A DNA stretch of 64,000 nt, taken from the NCBI GenBank assembly GCA_964036045.1, contig OZ038378.1, positions 147,064,001 through 147,128,000 of the forward strand. The letters run 5' to 3'. The translations under genes were made by a program, and so were the position numbers. This document shows, piece after piece, positions 13,260-25,034 of the stretch. The notes beneath the pieces were generated by a model that searched no databases, was not told where the DNA came from, and worked only from the letters and a program-made list of their open reading frames with translations. Position 1 is the stretch's first letter, and each line of letters begins with the position of its first letter. This DNA comes from Eutreptiella sp. 'Long Island Sound 2002'. Taxonomy: Eukaryota; Protista; Euglenida.

Positions 13260-13602
13260 GGGGGAATGTTTGCCCGGCGCACGCCCCGGGGCGCTACCTT
13301 TGTATCAAGCATCTTGTCTCTAGCCCCAAGTTCATCCTCCCCCAGTCAAGTCCCCCAAGTAGACCGCACTAGACCGCAAACCTCCCCTGCAAGGCACCTT
13401 GTATACGCCGAAATATGAGAATTCCACAACACAAAATGTCACTCCCACCACTTCCAACCACCACCCCTGCCAGCGTCATGAACTGGGTGCAAAGGATGGG
13501 CCAAAGGTGCTCCAAATTGTTTGGTGAGGGGGGGGGGGGGGGCAAAACAGGCACGGGTGGGGAATGGTCAAAAGAAGATGCCCGGCGCGCTAATACTCCC
13601 CC
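13260..13602. mobile_element. MITE-like element with GGGGGA...TCCCCC termini (in STELLO intron 2)
   Basis: Starts gggggaatgtttgcccggcgc and ends gatgcccggcgcgctaatactccccc. Both ends are shared with the 24534-25034 copy. TSD not clean (gct/act). Confidence 0.65.
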
Positions 13603-13790
13603 ACTAGCCAGCGTGCATTGATTGCCAGTCGCTGCCGGTTCACCCGTTAGTGGACCGCCGTCTGCCAACCAACGAGCACCTCGAAATGAGAACCAAAGAA
13701 AAACGGAACCAAAAAGTCGTCGTGCGCGTCAGCACCAACAGAGGGCACCTTCACGCCATTAGTACGCCGCAGCAGGGGGATGAGCAGCAC

Positions 13791-14327
13791 CTTGCGGTAG
13801 AGGTCGTACTCGCTGTCGAAGTCTGCCAAGTAGTTGTGGGCGTTGCGGTACTGGATGACCCAGGGCCGGCGGAACACGATGCGGCCCCCGATGTCCCACA
13901 GGATGCGCTGCGTGATGTAGCTCCTCCAGATGTCCGACACGCGGCCGTGGATGGTGACGGGCAGCAGCATGCCCCAGAACGCCTTGGCGAAGTGGAGCGT
14001 CGCCTGCGCGTTATAGGGACACATGGTGCCGACGGGCAGCCCCACCGGGTCCCCCTCGGAGAAGGTCACCGGCAGGGGCCGCGTCAGTCGGTAAATGGCA
14101 TCGTAGTCAGGGTCGTGGTTCGCGAGCGACTGATGGACGTAAAAGTTGTCTTTGTCGGGGAGGTCTTTGAGAACGTTGGGGTCGAACGTGGTCTTGTTGA
14201 CGATCTGGTCCAGCGGGAAGCCGCGCGGCCAGCCCCCCGGGTTGCCGAACGTGGGGTACGGGTTGTACACCTCCAGACCCCCCGGGGGCGCGCGGACGGT
14301 GCCTGCCATCTTCAACGGGATGGACGC
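13791..14327 (-). CDS. STELLO/DUF288-like glycosyltransferase, exon 2
   Basis: cacag| acceptor, |gtgctg donor, 537 nt, phase 0/0. Motifs YNPYPTFG..WPRGFPLD, QSLANHDPDYDAIYRLT, PYNAQATL, LPVTIHGRVSDIWRSY, RNAHNYLADFDSE are typical of STELLO/DUF288. Confidence 0.9.
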
Positions 14328-15119
14328 CTGTGGCACATGCACGAGGGCAGCCTCCCATCAGTGCACCGGCACAACACGACGGCCACTTTCCTGTGCATGG
14401 CGTCCGGAAAGGACATCCGTCGTTCTGTGGCACTGCAGGCGCACGACGCGTGCTGTTACCCGCATCCCCCGAATCTTCACGTGTCGCAAACGTCCCCATT
14501 CTTCTTTGTGCCCCCCCCCCCCCCCAACCGGGTCCCTTCTACAGTCCCGCATACTTCTCCACGTTCAACATGAACACCAGTAGTATCAAGGGGAGGCGGC
14601 ACGGGGTCCCATGAGGTTAGGGTAGTTGGGCCGTGCGGCATCGGCTGCTCTGGAGCAGCCTCCTTCTTTGCCGGTGGTGGCCTCCGGCGGACGCTAGGGC
14701 AATCACCCCATGAGGGACCCGTGACACGGACGAGCGCGGGGAGAGGCACACGTACAAACATGGACATGGTGAACCCTTAGGCCAAGGAGCAGGGGTACAT
14801 GTACAACACCACATTTACACAGTGTAGGACACACAGGCAGTAATGCACGGTGCAGTACAAAACAGGACTATGTAGTGCCCCCAGCGAGGTGTGGCATAGT
14901 GTGGCAGGGTAGATGAGACCAGTGTAGGTCAGTGGACAACTGACTACGCACGCGAGACAGAAGTCGGTGGTTCCAATCCCGGCAGACATTTATTTGTCAT
15001 CCAATTACTATCACGTCCCCCTTATCTGGTCAGTGTACCAGGGAATTCGGGCGCAATGTCTCCGGGGAATTTGGGCACAAAATTACCCAGGCGCCCAAAT
15101 TCCCTGGCTGGCTGACCGG

Positions 15120-15280
15120 GCTCTGTCCAATCCCCCCCCCACCCCAGGGACGATGGCTCCACCCCACCCCACGCCCTGTCCAATCCCCCCCCCACCCCAG
15201 GGACGATGGCTCCACCCCACCCCACGCCCTGTCCAATCCCCCCCCCCCCAGGGACGATGGCTCCACCCCACCCCACGCTG
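15120..15280. repeat. ~50-bp minisatellite, 3 copies (in STELLO intron 1)
   Basis: ccctgtccaatcCnaccccagggacgatggctccaccccaccccacg repeated. Confidence 0.85.
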
Positions 15281-16529
15281 GGGGGTTTGTGGCCAAGTGA
15301 CGGTCCCAAGGGACGGATGGACACCACTGCAGACCAAATCCATATCAGCCCCTGCCGTGCACAATGGGACGAGACTGACAGTGGCTACTTCAGCCTTGCC
15401 ATCTCCGGGGCCCACATGTGGGCAAAGTGGCTGCATGACCCTTTGCCGGCTTAGAGATCCCCAGTGCTTAACGTCTTGGGGGTCCATGTGGGGGCAAACG
15501 GGCACCATAACCCCTGCCGTCTTGTGGGTCACCAGCGCCCAGCGCTCAGAAGTGGATACATGACCCCTGTCGTCTCGGGGACCCTCCAAAAGGGGGTGGT
15601 ATCCAAAGTGGCTACGAACCCCGTGTCCTCTAGTGTCCCAATCGCAGGATGGCGTCAAAGCGGCTGCATAGCCCTCTCAAAAAAAGAAACGCCGGAGGCA
15701 TTCATTGTTGGTTGATAGCGTACGTCGCGTGCAACTGTTTTTGTTGGATGTAGGTCAGGTAATGTTTTGGGGGGTGTGGGCCGTGTACAAGAAAGACTGT
15801 CAGGCGCCTGCACTTTCCTTTTGGCTGTAGGCCGTGTGCAAGTGGTTTTGGATGCAGGTCGCATGACAAAAAAGTTCAATCTTTTTCTCCGCACGCAACT
15901 TGTGGCATAAAAATGCACAGGACCTGCACACGAAACAATCAACGTCACAAACCCCGCCTCCGTCCATCAGGGACAGTGTACGGCTTCGAGCGGCGGTCAT
16001 GCACAGCTTCAGGGGCACCAGGGGCTTGTACAAGACGCTTCTGTACTGTTCACCGTGGGGGAGAAGGGCCGTGCACAACCGCCAGCACGGGCCCCTTTGC
16101 GGAACGGACATGGCGCACAGCAGTGCCTTGAGGTGACCCCCCCCGGGGGGGGGGGGGGCAAGGGGGAGGGGGGGGGACAAAGGGGGAGGGGGGGGGGGAC
16201 AAAGGCGTCGCCCCGGGTCGATCTGCACTCTACCTGCTCCAACGGATGCCGCTCGGCGAAACAAACATCTGTTTGGGGGTTGAGGGCACGGGCCATCCTT
16301 TTTGCGGCCACCACAAAGCCCGTGGGTGAACATCAGTCATATGGCCAGAGGCTACCCGATATCCCCAACTCCGTGGTGCCCCCTGAGCCTTGCCCCCACG
16401 TCATCTCAATCGTCCCATGCTGCCCGACCCTCGGAGCCTCCCGTACTGGCCCCCCCCGATGTTGGAAGGACCCCTGCGAAGGGATGGTGTAGGGCTGAGC
16501 ATGGGATGGGACTGGGGCATGGGAGGGAC

Positions 16530-17057
16530 CGACTCGTCATCTTCAATGATGAGCTCGTTGTCATCGTCGCAGTCGTAGATGACCTCGGCCCCATGCGCAA
16601 CGGCGTACATGAAGCCGACGTTCTTGCGGCCGAAGTGGTTCCAAGGCAGCCGCTTCGCAATGCGGTACGGCAGCTCCAGCTGGTCCTCGACCCCGAGAAT
16701 GACCGCGTTGGCGACCTCGAAGGGCAACGGCGTCTTCTTGTCGAGCACCACGACGATGCACCACGTCTTCAGGCGGGCGATTTGCTTCAGAGTCTTGGAG
16801 GGCTCCCAGATGGTGGTGGTCACCGCCCATTGCTTGCAGGTCTTCCCGGTGCTCTCCCACTTCCCAGACCCTCCGCTTTTCTTCAACTGCGCCTTCGGGA
16901 ACTCCCGGACCTTGTTCATCTTGAACAGGGTGCCCGTCGTCCCACTGATGGTGCGCTGCACCTGCACCTTCACGGGGAGGCTCAGGTTGGAGAACCAGAA
17001 CGAGGCGGCGAGCAGCCCGAGGATGCAGACGATGAGTTGAGTGGGCGTGACTTCCAT
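16530..17057 (-). CDS. STELLO/DUF288-like glycosyltransferase, exon 1 (type II membrane anchor)
   Basis: ATG at 17057, N-terminal TM (LIVCILGLLAASFWFS), WAVTTTI..P, VVVLDKKTP, PWNHFGRKNVGFMYAVAHGAEVIYDCDDDN (DxD-type motif). 528 nt ending at |gtccct. The three exons total 1257 nt = 418 aa + stop. Confidence 0.9.
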
Positions 17058-18685
17058 TTTGTGAACTGCTCCAGCGAAGTGGAGGAGGGACCCTGAGAAC
17101 GGTTGCACAACGAATGCAATCACCGGGTCAGGCATTGTGCCCCCATGTCCAACAGTGCACCCAAACCCTGACCCTGAGCACGATCACTTGGCGTGAAGTA
17201 GCGTATATTGACCCGGGGAACTGGAGGCACAGAGGCAAGGGTAGCGACCCATGCCACATTTGCTGACGGCGGCCCGCGGCTGCAGTTGCCTGTCTCCACC
17301 GTCGGGAGTCTTGTTGTTCTGACAAGAGGTTGTTCTCGCAAAGGGGGAGGGGGTTGACTGATTGGGTCGGGGTCAGCTCAGACTTCAGGCTCATAATCAA
17401 CCCGCCACGTTAGCTTATGTGCACTGTGCCACGTAGCACGGCGAACCCGCTGTGGAGTGGTTGCTGGTATTAACATGTCGTCGAGATATATGTCTGCGAC
17501 TACAGGAAGGCCTGCCACCACCCAGCATACCACGGCTAAGCGATGCCACACCGCCAGAGAATACTTGTTTTCTTTTTTTTGACTGAGACCAAGATGGGCT
17601 GGCGCAGCCCGCTCACTTTACAGTACTCGAGATAACCTCTCGGGATCAAGGGTCAAAGCTGTCCAGTGCTACGATGATCCCACAAAAGACTGTGGTAGCG
17701 GATCTGACACATAGTGAGGATTGGCTGAGTCTGAAAGTCTGCAGTGGGAGACTGCCACGCCCGTAGGCTTCCCAGTGTGCTTGAGGCACAATGACTGTAG
17801 GCCGAAAAAGGCAGCTGTTGGAAGATTGAGGCGAATCAGCAGGTTGCATTGCATCCAATATCAGCACCAGAGACACACCGCTAGAGAATACTTCTCGCCA
17901 AATGGAAGTCTTGTATACAGCTACCAGGCCATTGCAGCCCCAACCACAAATACCCCGCCCCAGTGTTTGGGCAACTTTACGAATAAGCATTGGTGAAATC
18001 TAGACCTACCCCTAAAGGTGGACATGTGGACATCCTAGTACAGCCCCCATTCCCCGGGTTCCCCAAATGCTCAGCCTCACCCTGCAGTGAGGGCAAACGA
18101 ATTCTGGAGCGCGCGCGGGGGCAAATATCAGTGGCATTGCAATAAGCAGCAGCCTGCACTTAGGCACCTCAAGCGTGTCACACATGCTGCATCACCCCAT
18201 CTTTACGGTCACTGCCCGGTGCCCACTTGTATACACCATCCCAGGCCAAAGTCCATTGTGCGCACCACCCTCTGGTATGGCACCGCACGCCACACCTCTT
18301 GCGGATGGCACCAATAGCACCCTCATATCCCTCCTCCCCTGAACAACGCTTGGCGGCCAGGGCACTGCATCAGCCAACGTATATGCACTCGGAAAGAGAG
18401 GGCGACTGCCCTGTGCCAACCGCATGCGCCTGTGTTTTGGGCCACGGGCATCCCGGCTCCATACGTCGAGACCCGGCTAGTCCACACTGTTCTAGGGCTT
18501 GGTGGGCCATCCTCGGCCATGATGTCACATTTTCCGAAAAGCAACATGGCCCCATGCCAGACCACATAGCTCAACTAGGGTGCAAAGTATCTAATCAAAT
18601 CAAAGTATCTTTCACAAGCAAAATGTCTATACCAATGCTTACATGTTGCTGGTTAGCTGCTCGGGGCACGCTTTGCTTAACGCAA

Positions 18686-19430
18686 GGGGGAATCCTTGCA
18701 TTGCGCGCGCACTGCGCGCTACTTTTAGACTATGTTCCCCCCGAAGAGCCCCTAGGCACGCCCCTTGGAAACGCCCTTAGAATTAGGCGACCCAAACTGG
18801 ACTGGAGGGGACCTTGAGGGGGATCTTCCCGGTTCTTGTGGCATGGTGAAGGACCAGGGGCCTTTGGGGGGGAACTTGACTGTGTGCTGGGCAGCGGAGA
18901 TGGAGGGCAATCGGGTGGTGGGTCTGAACTTGGGATGGCAAAGGAGATGGACTCCATCTGACATTGCCGATTCACCACTCTCAACCCATCTTGGTAGTAT
19001 TCCAAGTGGAGGAGTCCGTCTTCAGCCGTCCCAACCACCGTGGCAGGAGGTCGCAGGCCATTGGAGCGGGTGTAGAACACCCTATCCCCAATCCTGAGAT
19101 CCATGGAGAAAATGGGCTTGAGAAATGAGGAGGGAAGTATGATGTCCTGTAGCAAGCACCCTCAAAATGTATCACCATATCAATCAACCGAGAAAAAGAG
19201 TAGGTGCGGTGGAATTGGGCAAAAAACGTGTGCAAAAAAAGTAGAAATGGGTGAAACAGGGTGAACATCCAAAAATGCCAAATCCCCAATGCATCAAAAC
19301 CTACTACCAAACAACAATGATGCCCAAAGTACCACAAAGTATGGGTTTCCACTACGGCCAGACACCCAAATAGTTGCACTGCGCGCATAATGCGCGCGCA
19401 CTGCACGCACACTGCGCTGAAGGCGCCCCC
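18686..19430. mobile_element. non-autonomous element with GGGGG...CCCCC termini carrying an SH3/Tudor-like ORF
   Basis: The first ~110 bp are the reverse complement of the right end of the 52505-53173 insert. The right end (tacggccagacacccaaatagttgcactgcgcgc...gcgccccc) matches its left end. Confidence 0.8.
18730..19155 (-). CDS. small ORF with SH3/Tudor-like barrel (LRIGDRVFYTRSNG..ATVVG..G.LHLEY), element cargo
   Basis: Aligns by eye with ORFs 23100-23393 and 49694-50030. Followed by a Pro/Ser-rich tail running into the element terminus. Confidence 0.5.
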   Translation of the reverse strand: MLQDIILPSSFLKPIFSMDLRIGDRVFYTRSNGLRPPATVVGTAEDGLLHLEYYQDGLRVVNRQCQMESISFAIPSSDPPPDCPPSPLPSTQSSSPPKAPGPSPCHKNREDPPQGPLQSSLGRLILRAFPRGVPRGSSGGT

Positions 19431-20197
19431 CAAGCCCCCCTCCTTTTGCCGAAGCCAGCCCCTCAAAGTACATGTGATTTAATATGAATTTGAAGGTATT
19501 TCTCATATAGTGATCAATTTGCGCTGTGTTCAGACCGGTCTTCCATGTGAGTTGGGTAGCCAAAGGAATATAGGAATTGTGCCTAATGCCACGGATATCT
19601 GCGGTGCATCCTTGCGTGTTTTCCTTGCGTCTGCACTTTTACATAAGTCCGCACGTTTTGGTTGTGCGCATGTTTGTTTGTGGCGCCCTTCAACGGTACA
19701 TTGATAGCAAAAGACGCAAGCAATGAGCAAGAAAATGTCATGACTAATTCAACCTAGGGGAAGTTCTTGCACTACGTGCGCACTGTGTGCATATTGCGCA
19801 CGCAGAGGCTGGGATACTCACCCAAGAATACCTCTCACCTGTCTAGTAGCACGGCGAAGCAGCAAAGCCCACATGAGGACAACGAAAATGCCTTCAACTT
19901 GGTAATCAACTGTCATTATGAACAAGCAAATCAGCCTTGTAAAGTACAACTATGCAAGGGCATGCAAGATGCACACATGTTCAAGTGGCAAGTGCCACCC
20001 TCGCATATATCACTAGGACGGTGGCCACACAATTGGCAACAAACACCGTCATCGTTTTCCTCCTCTACAATGGTTGCCTCCTCCTGTGCCCAAACAGACT
20101 CTGGCACATGAGGCCAAGGTCCATAGGTCCATACATTTCTTCGTATTGCTCGGACCTTGCACATTGGTTTTGCTCTTCAAATACATCCTTGCGAGCA

Positions 20198-20310
20198 ACA
20201 AAGCGTGGATTGTGAGTCCCTAACCCCAACTCCAGGGGCCACACCGAAGCGTGGATTGTGAGCCCCTAACCCCAACTCAAGGGGCCACGCAACAAAGCGT
20301 GGATTGGATA
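20198..20310. repeat. ~45-bp minisatellite, 2.3 copies, containing cctaacccc
   Basis: aagcgtggattgtgagYccctaaccccaactcMaggggccac repeated. Confidence 0.8.
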
Positions 20311-21624
20311 ATTGGCCCGGTTTCCTCAATAGCACCGGAAGGTTGAAGGCCCAAAATAACGCTCCCTCAACGATGCCCAACACGCACCCTGTGCGCTAAC
20401 GCCCATGCGGGGGAGGAAATGGGGGGAAATGGTTGAAAATGGGCAAAAATGGTTGACAATTCAAATATGCCACATCCTGAATGCTTAGGAAGCCAAAAAA
20501 ACCCCGGTGTGGAACCAAAAACTTGTGAAAAGGGGCCGAAACTGGCGACATCCAAAACTTCGCACTGCGTGCACGGCATTCCCCTAACAATGTCGCAAAA
20601 TTTACGTGTGGCATGAACCAATGCAAACCTTCGCAGCAAAGCAGGCGGTTTTGACACTCATGTCCTGTACTTTTGCATCATGTAACGCCATGTCCTAGTT
20701 CCGCGCCTTTTTGGGCTTCTTCCCGGAACTCAATTTACCCACCCATATGTGGAGTTTTGCGCCGAGTTCATGTTGAATTTTGCACCAATGTGTCGACTGC
20801 TTGCACAAAGTGACCTTGCATCATGGTGTTTGCAACGCCATGCAGAATACCCACTCATGCTGATTTCTGCACAGGGTGCGCGTGCACAGCATGGGTGCAG
20901 AATTTGCAGTGACACCGCTTTCCACGTCTATTTGTGCTCTCTACACACACTCTGTAGCCTGTGTATAGAATATGCATGCATACAAATAGCCACAACTCAC
21001 AATGTCCCGGGGGTACAACACATGCAGGGCAAAGAGCAATGCGGCGCAAGAACTCATGCAATTGACAACGGACAGACAATACACAATCTACTGCTTTTTG
21101 TCCATCTCTTGCAACTCCAACAGAAGCTGCGCCTTCCAATTGTTACTGAACCCATCAGACATGGGAGCACTGGTGACACGTCTGTACTTCCCATCAATGG
21201 AGTGCCACGGCACCTTTGCTCTTTTCCGGAGCCTACTACCTGGTTTTGTGTCCTCTGGTTGTTCATGAGGCATCACCGTAACAACCTGCTCCAGTTGCTC
21301 CAGCTCTACTGCAACTAATACAACTGTTCGCGAATTCTCACCGCCACTACTACCACTACTGTCACTATGGCTACCACGACTGTCGGATGAGGATCCAACT
21401 CCGAAGCGCTGGGGTCCTGTACAACTGGCCCAGCCAATCGAGACTGGCGGAGCGGCATCACCCGTCGTGTTGCTGGGGCCTCACACCTATCAGAGGGAGC
21501 ACAATTGCTCCTGCCGCCTCAACCACTGCGGGGCGTGGCTCCCTATTCCTTTGCTGTCTTTGCGACTGCTAAAAGTGCGAAGACTCCCTAGACCCTCAAC
21601 AGGCCATGAAATGATCACATCACA

Positions 21625-22015
21625 ATCCGGGCCCACTTAGACATCTCCCGTACTTATCCTTTTGCACAGGCACTTGGGGCCCACTTAGAGATCTCCCCTA
21701 CTTATCCCTTTCGGTGGATGGTTTTCACAGGCACTTGGGGGCTAATTAGGGATCTCCCCTACTCATCCTTTTCGGCGGATGGTCTGCACAGGCACTTGGG
21801 GCTGCTTAGAGATCTCCCCTACTTATCCTTTTTGGCGGATGGTCTGCACATGCACTTAGAGATCTCCCCTACTTATCCTTTTCGGCAGATGGTCTCCATA
21901 GGCACTTCTTGGGGCCTACTTAGACATCTCCCCTACTTATCCTTTTGCACAGGCACTTGGGGCCTACTAAGAGATCTCCCCTACTTATCCTTTTCGGCGG
22001 ATGGTCTGCACAGAA
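21625..22015. repeat. degenerate 40-60-bp minisatellite
   Basis: ttagagatctcccctacttatccttttcggcggatggtctgcacaggcacttgggg repeated ~8 times with deletions. Confidence 0.9.
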
Positions 22016-22497
22016 AAACGCTTTGTTCATACCATTTGTGCAAGTCCTTTTCACGAGTTCGTCGACTGGGTAGCGCGTGTAGATGATATACTGGTGCCCG
22101 ATGACACCCTAACACACGAAAGAGAACACGTGGCCTGCTCAAATGCGGAAACAAAAGGGCGTGTACAATAATGTGTCCCACAGCACTGATATGTGATGGT
22201 CCGGTCGTCAATGCCACGCTGTGATGCACCCTGAACTTAGGCAAGCACAACAGTGCGTTCAAAATGTGTGAAATTCACCACGGTACTAGCAATGCATGTG
22301 TTAGCACCATCAGCATTCACGGCTGAAATTGCAGAGAGATGGAATGATCTGCACAACACATGGGTCTGTGCATTGCGTGTGCTGCAATTAAGGCACTTCA
22401 TCACAATGCACGAATAGATTCGCCAAGGACAACTCCAGAAATCCCTCTGAAACCTGAGAAATCACCGTTCCTGTATAACGTATGATGTTCAAGGTGG

Positions 22498-22898
22498 CAC
22501 CTCGAAGAGAGGCTGACAGTCAGCCAGTCAGTCAGTCAGTGAGGCAGGCAAGCAATCAGTCAGCCAATCAGTCAGTCAGTCAGGCAAGCAGTCAGTCAGG
22601 CAGTCGGTCGGGCAAGCAAGCAGGCAGACAGGCAGGCAGAAACACACAGTTTGGCCTTTGTTCAGTCGCGGACTACGTCTGCAAACAGTGGGGAACCCCA
22701 GGCACACCGGAGCAATCAGCAATCGAGTGGTAGAACACCCGCCTGTAGCCGCAAACGGCGTTGGTTCACATCCCAGCCGGCGATCGCGGTCGATCGACCC
22801 ATTATCATGCCTTTGGGTATGCTTCGTAAACAACCCCCAAAAAGGGGGCCGTACGGTGTCCGCGCCTGCTCTTGATCTAACAACCTCTCTTCGAGGTG
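22498..22898. mobile_element. element bounded by inverted CACCTCGAAGAGAGG / CCTCTCTTCGAGGTG, with internal (CAGT/CAGG)n and a tRNA-like A/B-box segment
   Basis: Perfect 15-bp inverted repeat. The same architecture occurs at 35493-36104 and 60709-61930. Confidence 0.7.
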
Positions 22899-23099
22899 AT
22901 TTTCTTTGGCGCCTTCCGCGTGTCGTGTTTCCTATGCTTTTTGGGCCAAGTGACGCCCCCCCCCCCCCCATGGGGGTGGAGGGGGGTTGCAAGGGGTGGG
23001 GGATTACAAGGGGGGGGGTGCCCTTCCAATGTCCGACACCCACAGGCGCATACCCCCCCTCCCCCTTGCGCAAGCACGGCCGCGGTCCCAAAAGTCAGG

Positions 23100-23393
23100 T
23101 CAAAACGGCAGTTCACCGCCCACCCCGTGCTTAGACAAGGCCGTGCATGCGTGCGACACACGTGACAGCAAACGTGTTGGGGAGCCCTCAGATTGGGATG
23201 GCAAGGGGCTGCGGACGGGGAAGAGCACTTTATCAAAAGCGGCATTCTGCTCAATATACTTCCCATTCCGCATGTACTTCAAATGGATGTAGTTGTCCCC
23301 ATGACGAGAGGGACCAAAAATAGTGGCAGACACATGTTCCCCAGTGCTCCGAACGTACGTGACAGCCATGCCGGGAATAACATTGTTAGCCAT
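23100..23393 (-). CDS. small ORF with SH3/Tudor-like barrel (IPGMAVTYVRSTGEHVSATIFG..GDNYIHLKY)
   Basis: Homologous by eye to 18730-19155 and 49694-50030. Confidence 0.5.
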   Translation of the reverse strand: MANNVIPGMAVTYVRSTGEHVSATIFGPSRHGDNYIHLKYMRNGKYIEQNAAFDKVLFPVRSPLPSQSEGSPTRLLSRVSHACTALSKHGVGGELPF

Positions 23394-24533
23394 GGCTGAA
23401 AATCACATCAGAACAAACAGTATGGGGTTGCAAGGTGTGGTACAATGTTGTTATGAACACAATGCACTATCACAAACACGACTGAGCCCCTCTTTCCCTG
23501 TACAATTGCTCTACAAACACCCAATCCTCCATTCTGGACCACAAAAACAGCGGTCCCAAAATTTCCTCAAAACAGCGGTTCAACGCCCCCCCCGTGCTTA
23601 GACAAGGCGGTGCATGCGCAAGAGGGGGGGGGGGGGTACAAGCCCGCAATTCAGCCAATGCTTTTGGACAATCGACCTCAAAACCCTTCCCAAAACTAAA
23701 ACCCCCAAAAAGGCACATCGGGATGCGTGGGCTGTTTGGCGAAAATTCCGGAAATTGGAGCCAACCCACCCACCCACCAACCCTGTCATTTTGCCCACCA
23801 CCTTGTCAGCCTGACCACAACAGCCAAAACTTCTTGGCTCATAAAACACCCGTGCAGCGTTGTGGAAGCACAGGTCTCAGCATCTGCTGGTGACCTGAGT
23901 CGGTCGACGCTTGCATTTATCGCAGTCCCCGCCCGCCATGTTGAGCAGCACTGCACGGCCGCTGGCCCGAGGCCTGGCCCTGAACGCAGATGTATCCCCA
24001 TCTTGACCCCAAAGAAGTTTGTGACCGAAGCCGGTGATACGACGGGGCGGGGGGAGAGGGGGGCTGTTCATTCCGCAGCGGGCTCTACAGAAGATGAGGG
24101 TAGGCATCGGTCAGGACAAAAGGGGGTGGGGGTTCTATTTCGTTTTCCCTTCAGGACCCCGACGCCCCCCCCGCCTGCACGTCGCTGAACGCGGTCGGCA
24201 AACCACCAACTGTCGTTGCTTGGCCGCCGACTGCAGCTCAGTGGTCCTCCACCTCAAATGCAGGCAAGGGGGCCTGGAGTGGAGCCAGGCCACAGCTCAG
24301 TGTCATCCGCTGCCGGCCGGACATGCCCCCCCCCCCCCCCCCCTCCCCCTTGCGACGCTGTCTCGGACGCCACACGGGCGTACCACGGGAGGCGTGGCAT
24401 GCCGAGAGGAGGGGGTTGGCTGGCGCTGGTGTCCCTCAGCCCGAACGCCGCCACATACTACGCTCCACCCAACGGTGCCTGCAGCACCGGTGCAACGCAT
24501 TCGTATGAGAAAGGCACCGCGTGCCTGAACTGA

Positions 24534-25034
24534 GGGGGAATGTTTGCCCGACGCACCCCCGGCGCGCACCCGGCGCGCTACCTTTCTATTAACTGTCCCG
24601 ACTTCAGCCCGAGATTTACCCTCTCATGGAGAAGGCGCCCCCAATAGACCATGATGGACTGCGCACCTTCCCTACAAAGCACGTTGCATAATTAGGCAAT
24701 AGCTGTGAATTCAACAACTCCAAATGTCATGTGTATTGTACTTAACAAACGGTACTTTGCCTTTACCTTTCCCATAGATTTCGCTATGGTAATAAGTACC
24801 CAAGCCGCAAGCGGTTTGGACGGCGGTTCTGCCTCACGTCCCGAATGTGAAAGAAGCATCAAAATACCCGTTGTCAAACAACAATAATGCCCATAGTATC
24901 ACAAAGCATGGGGTTCTAGGACGGCTACACGTGCAAGTAGTTGCACTGCGCGCGCACTGCACTTAGTGCACCCCCTAAAAGGTCACCGGTGGGGCACGGG
25001 TCAAAAAAGATGCCCGGCGCGCTAACGCTCCCCC
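24534..25034. mobile_element. MITE-like element, GGGGGA...TCCCCC termini, 3-bp TSD (TGA)
   Basis: tga|gggggaatgtttgccc...gctaacgctccccc|tga. Ends are shared with 13260-13602. Confidence 0.75.
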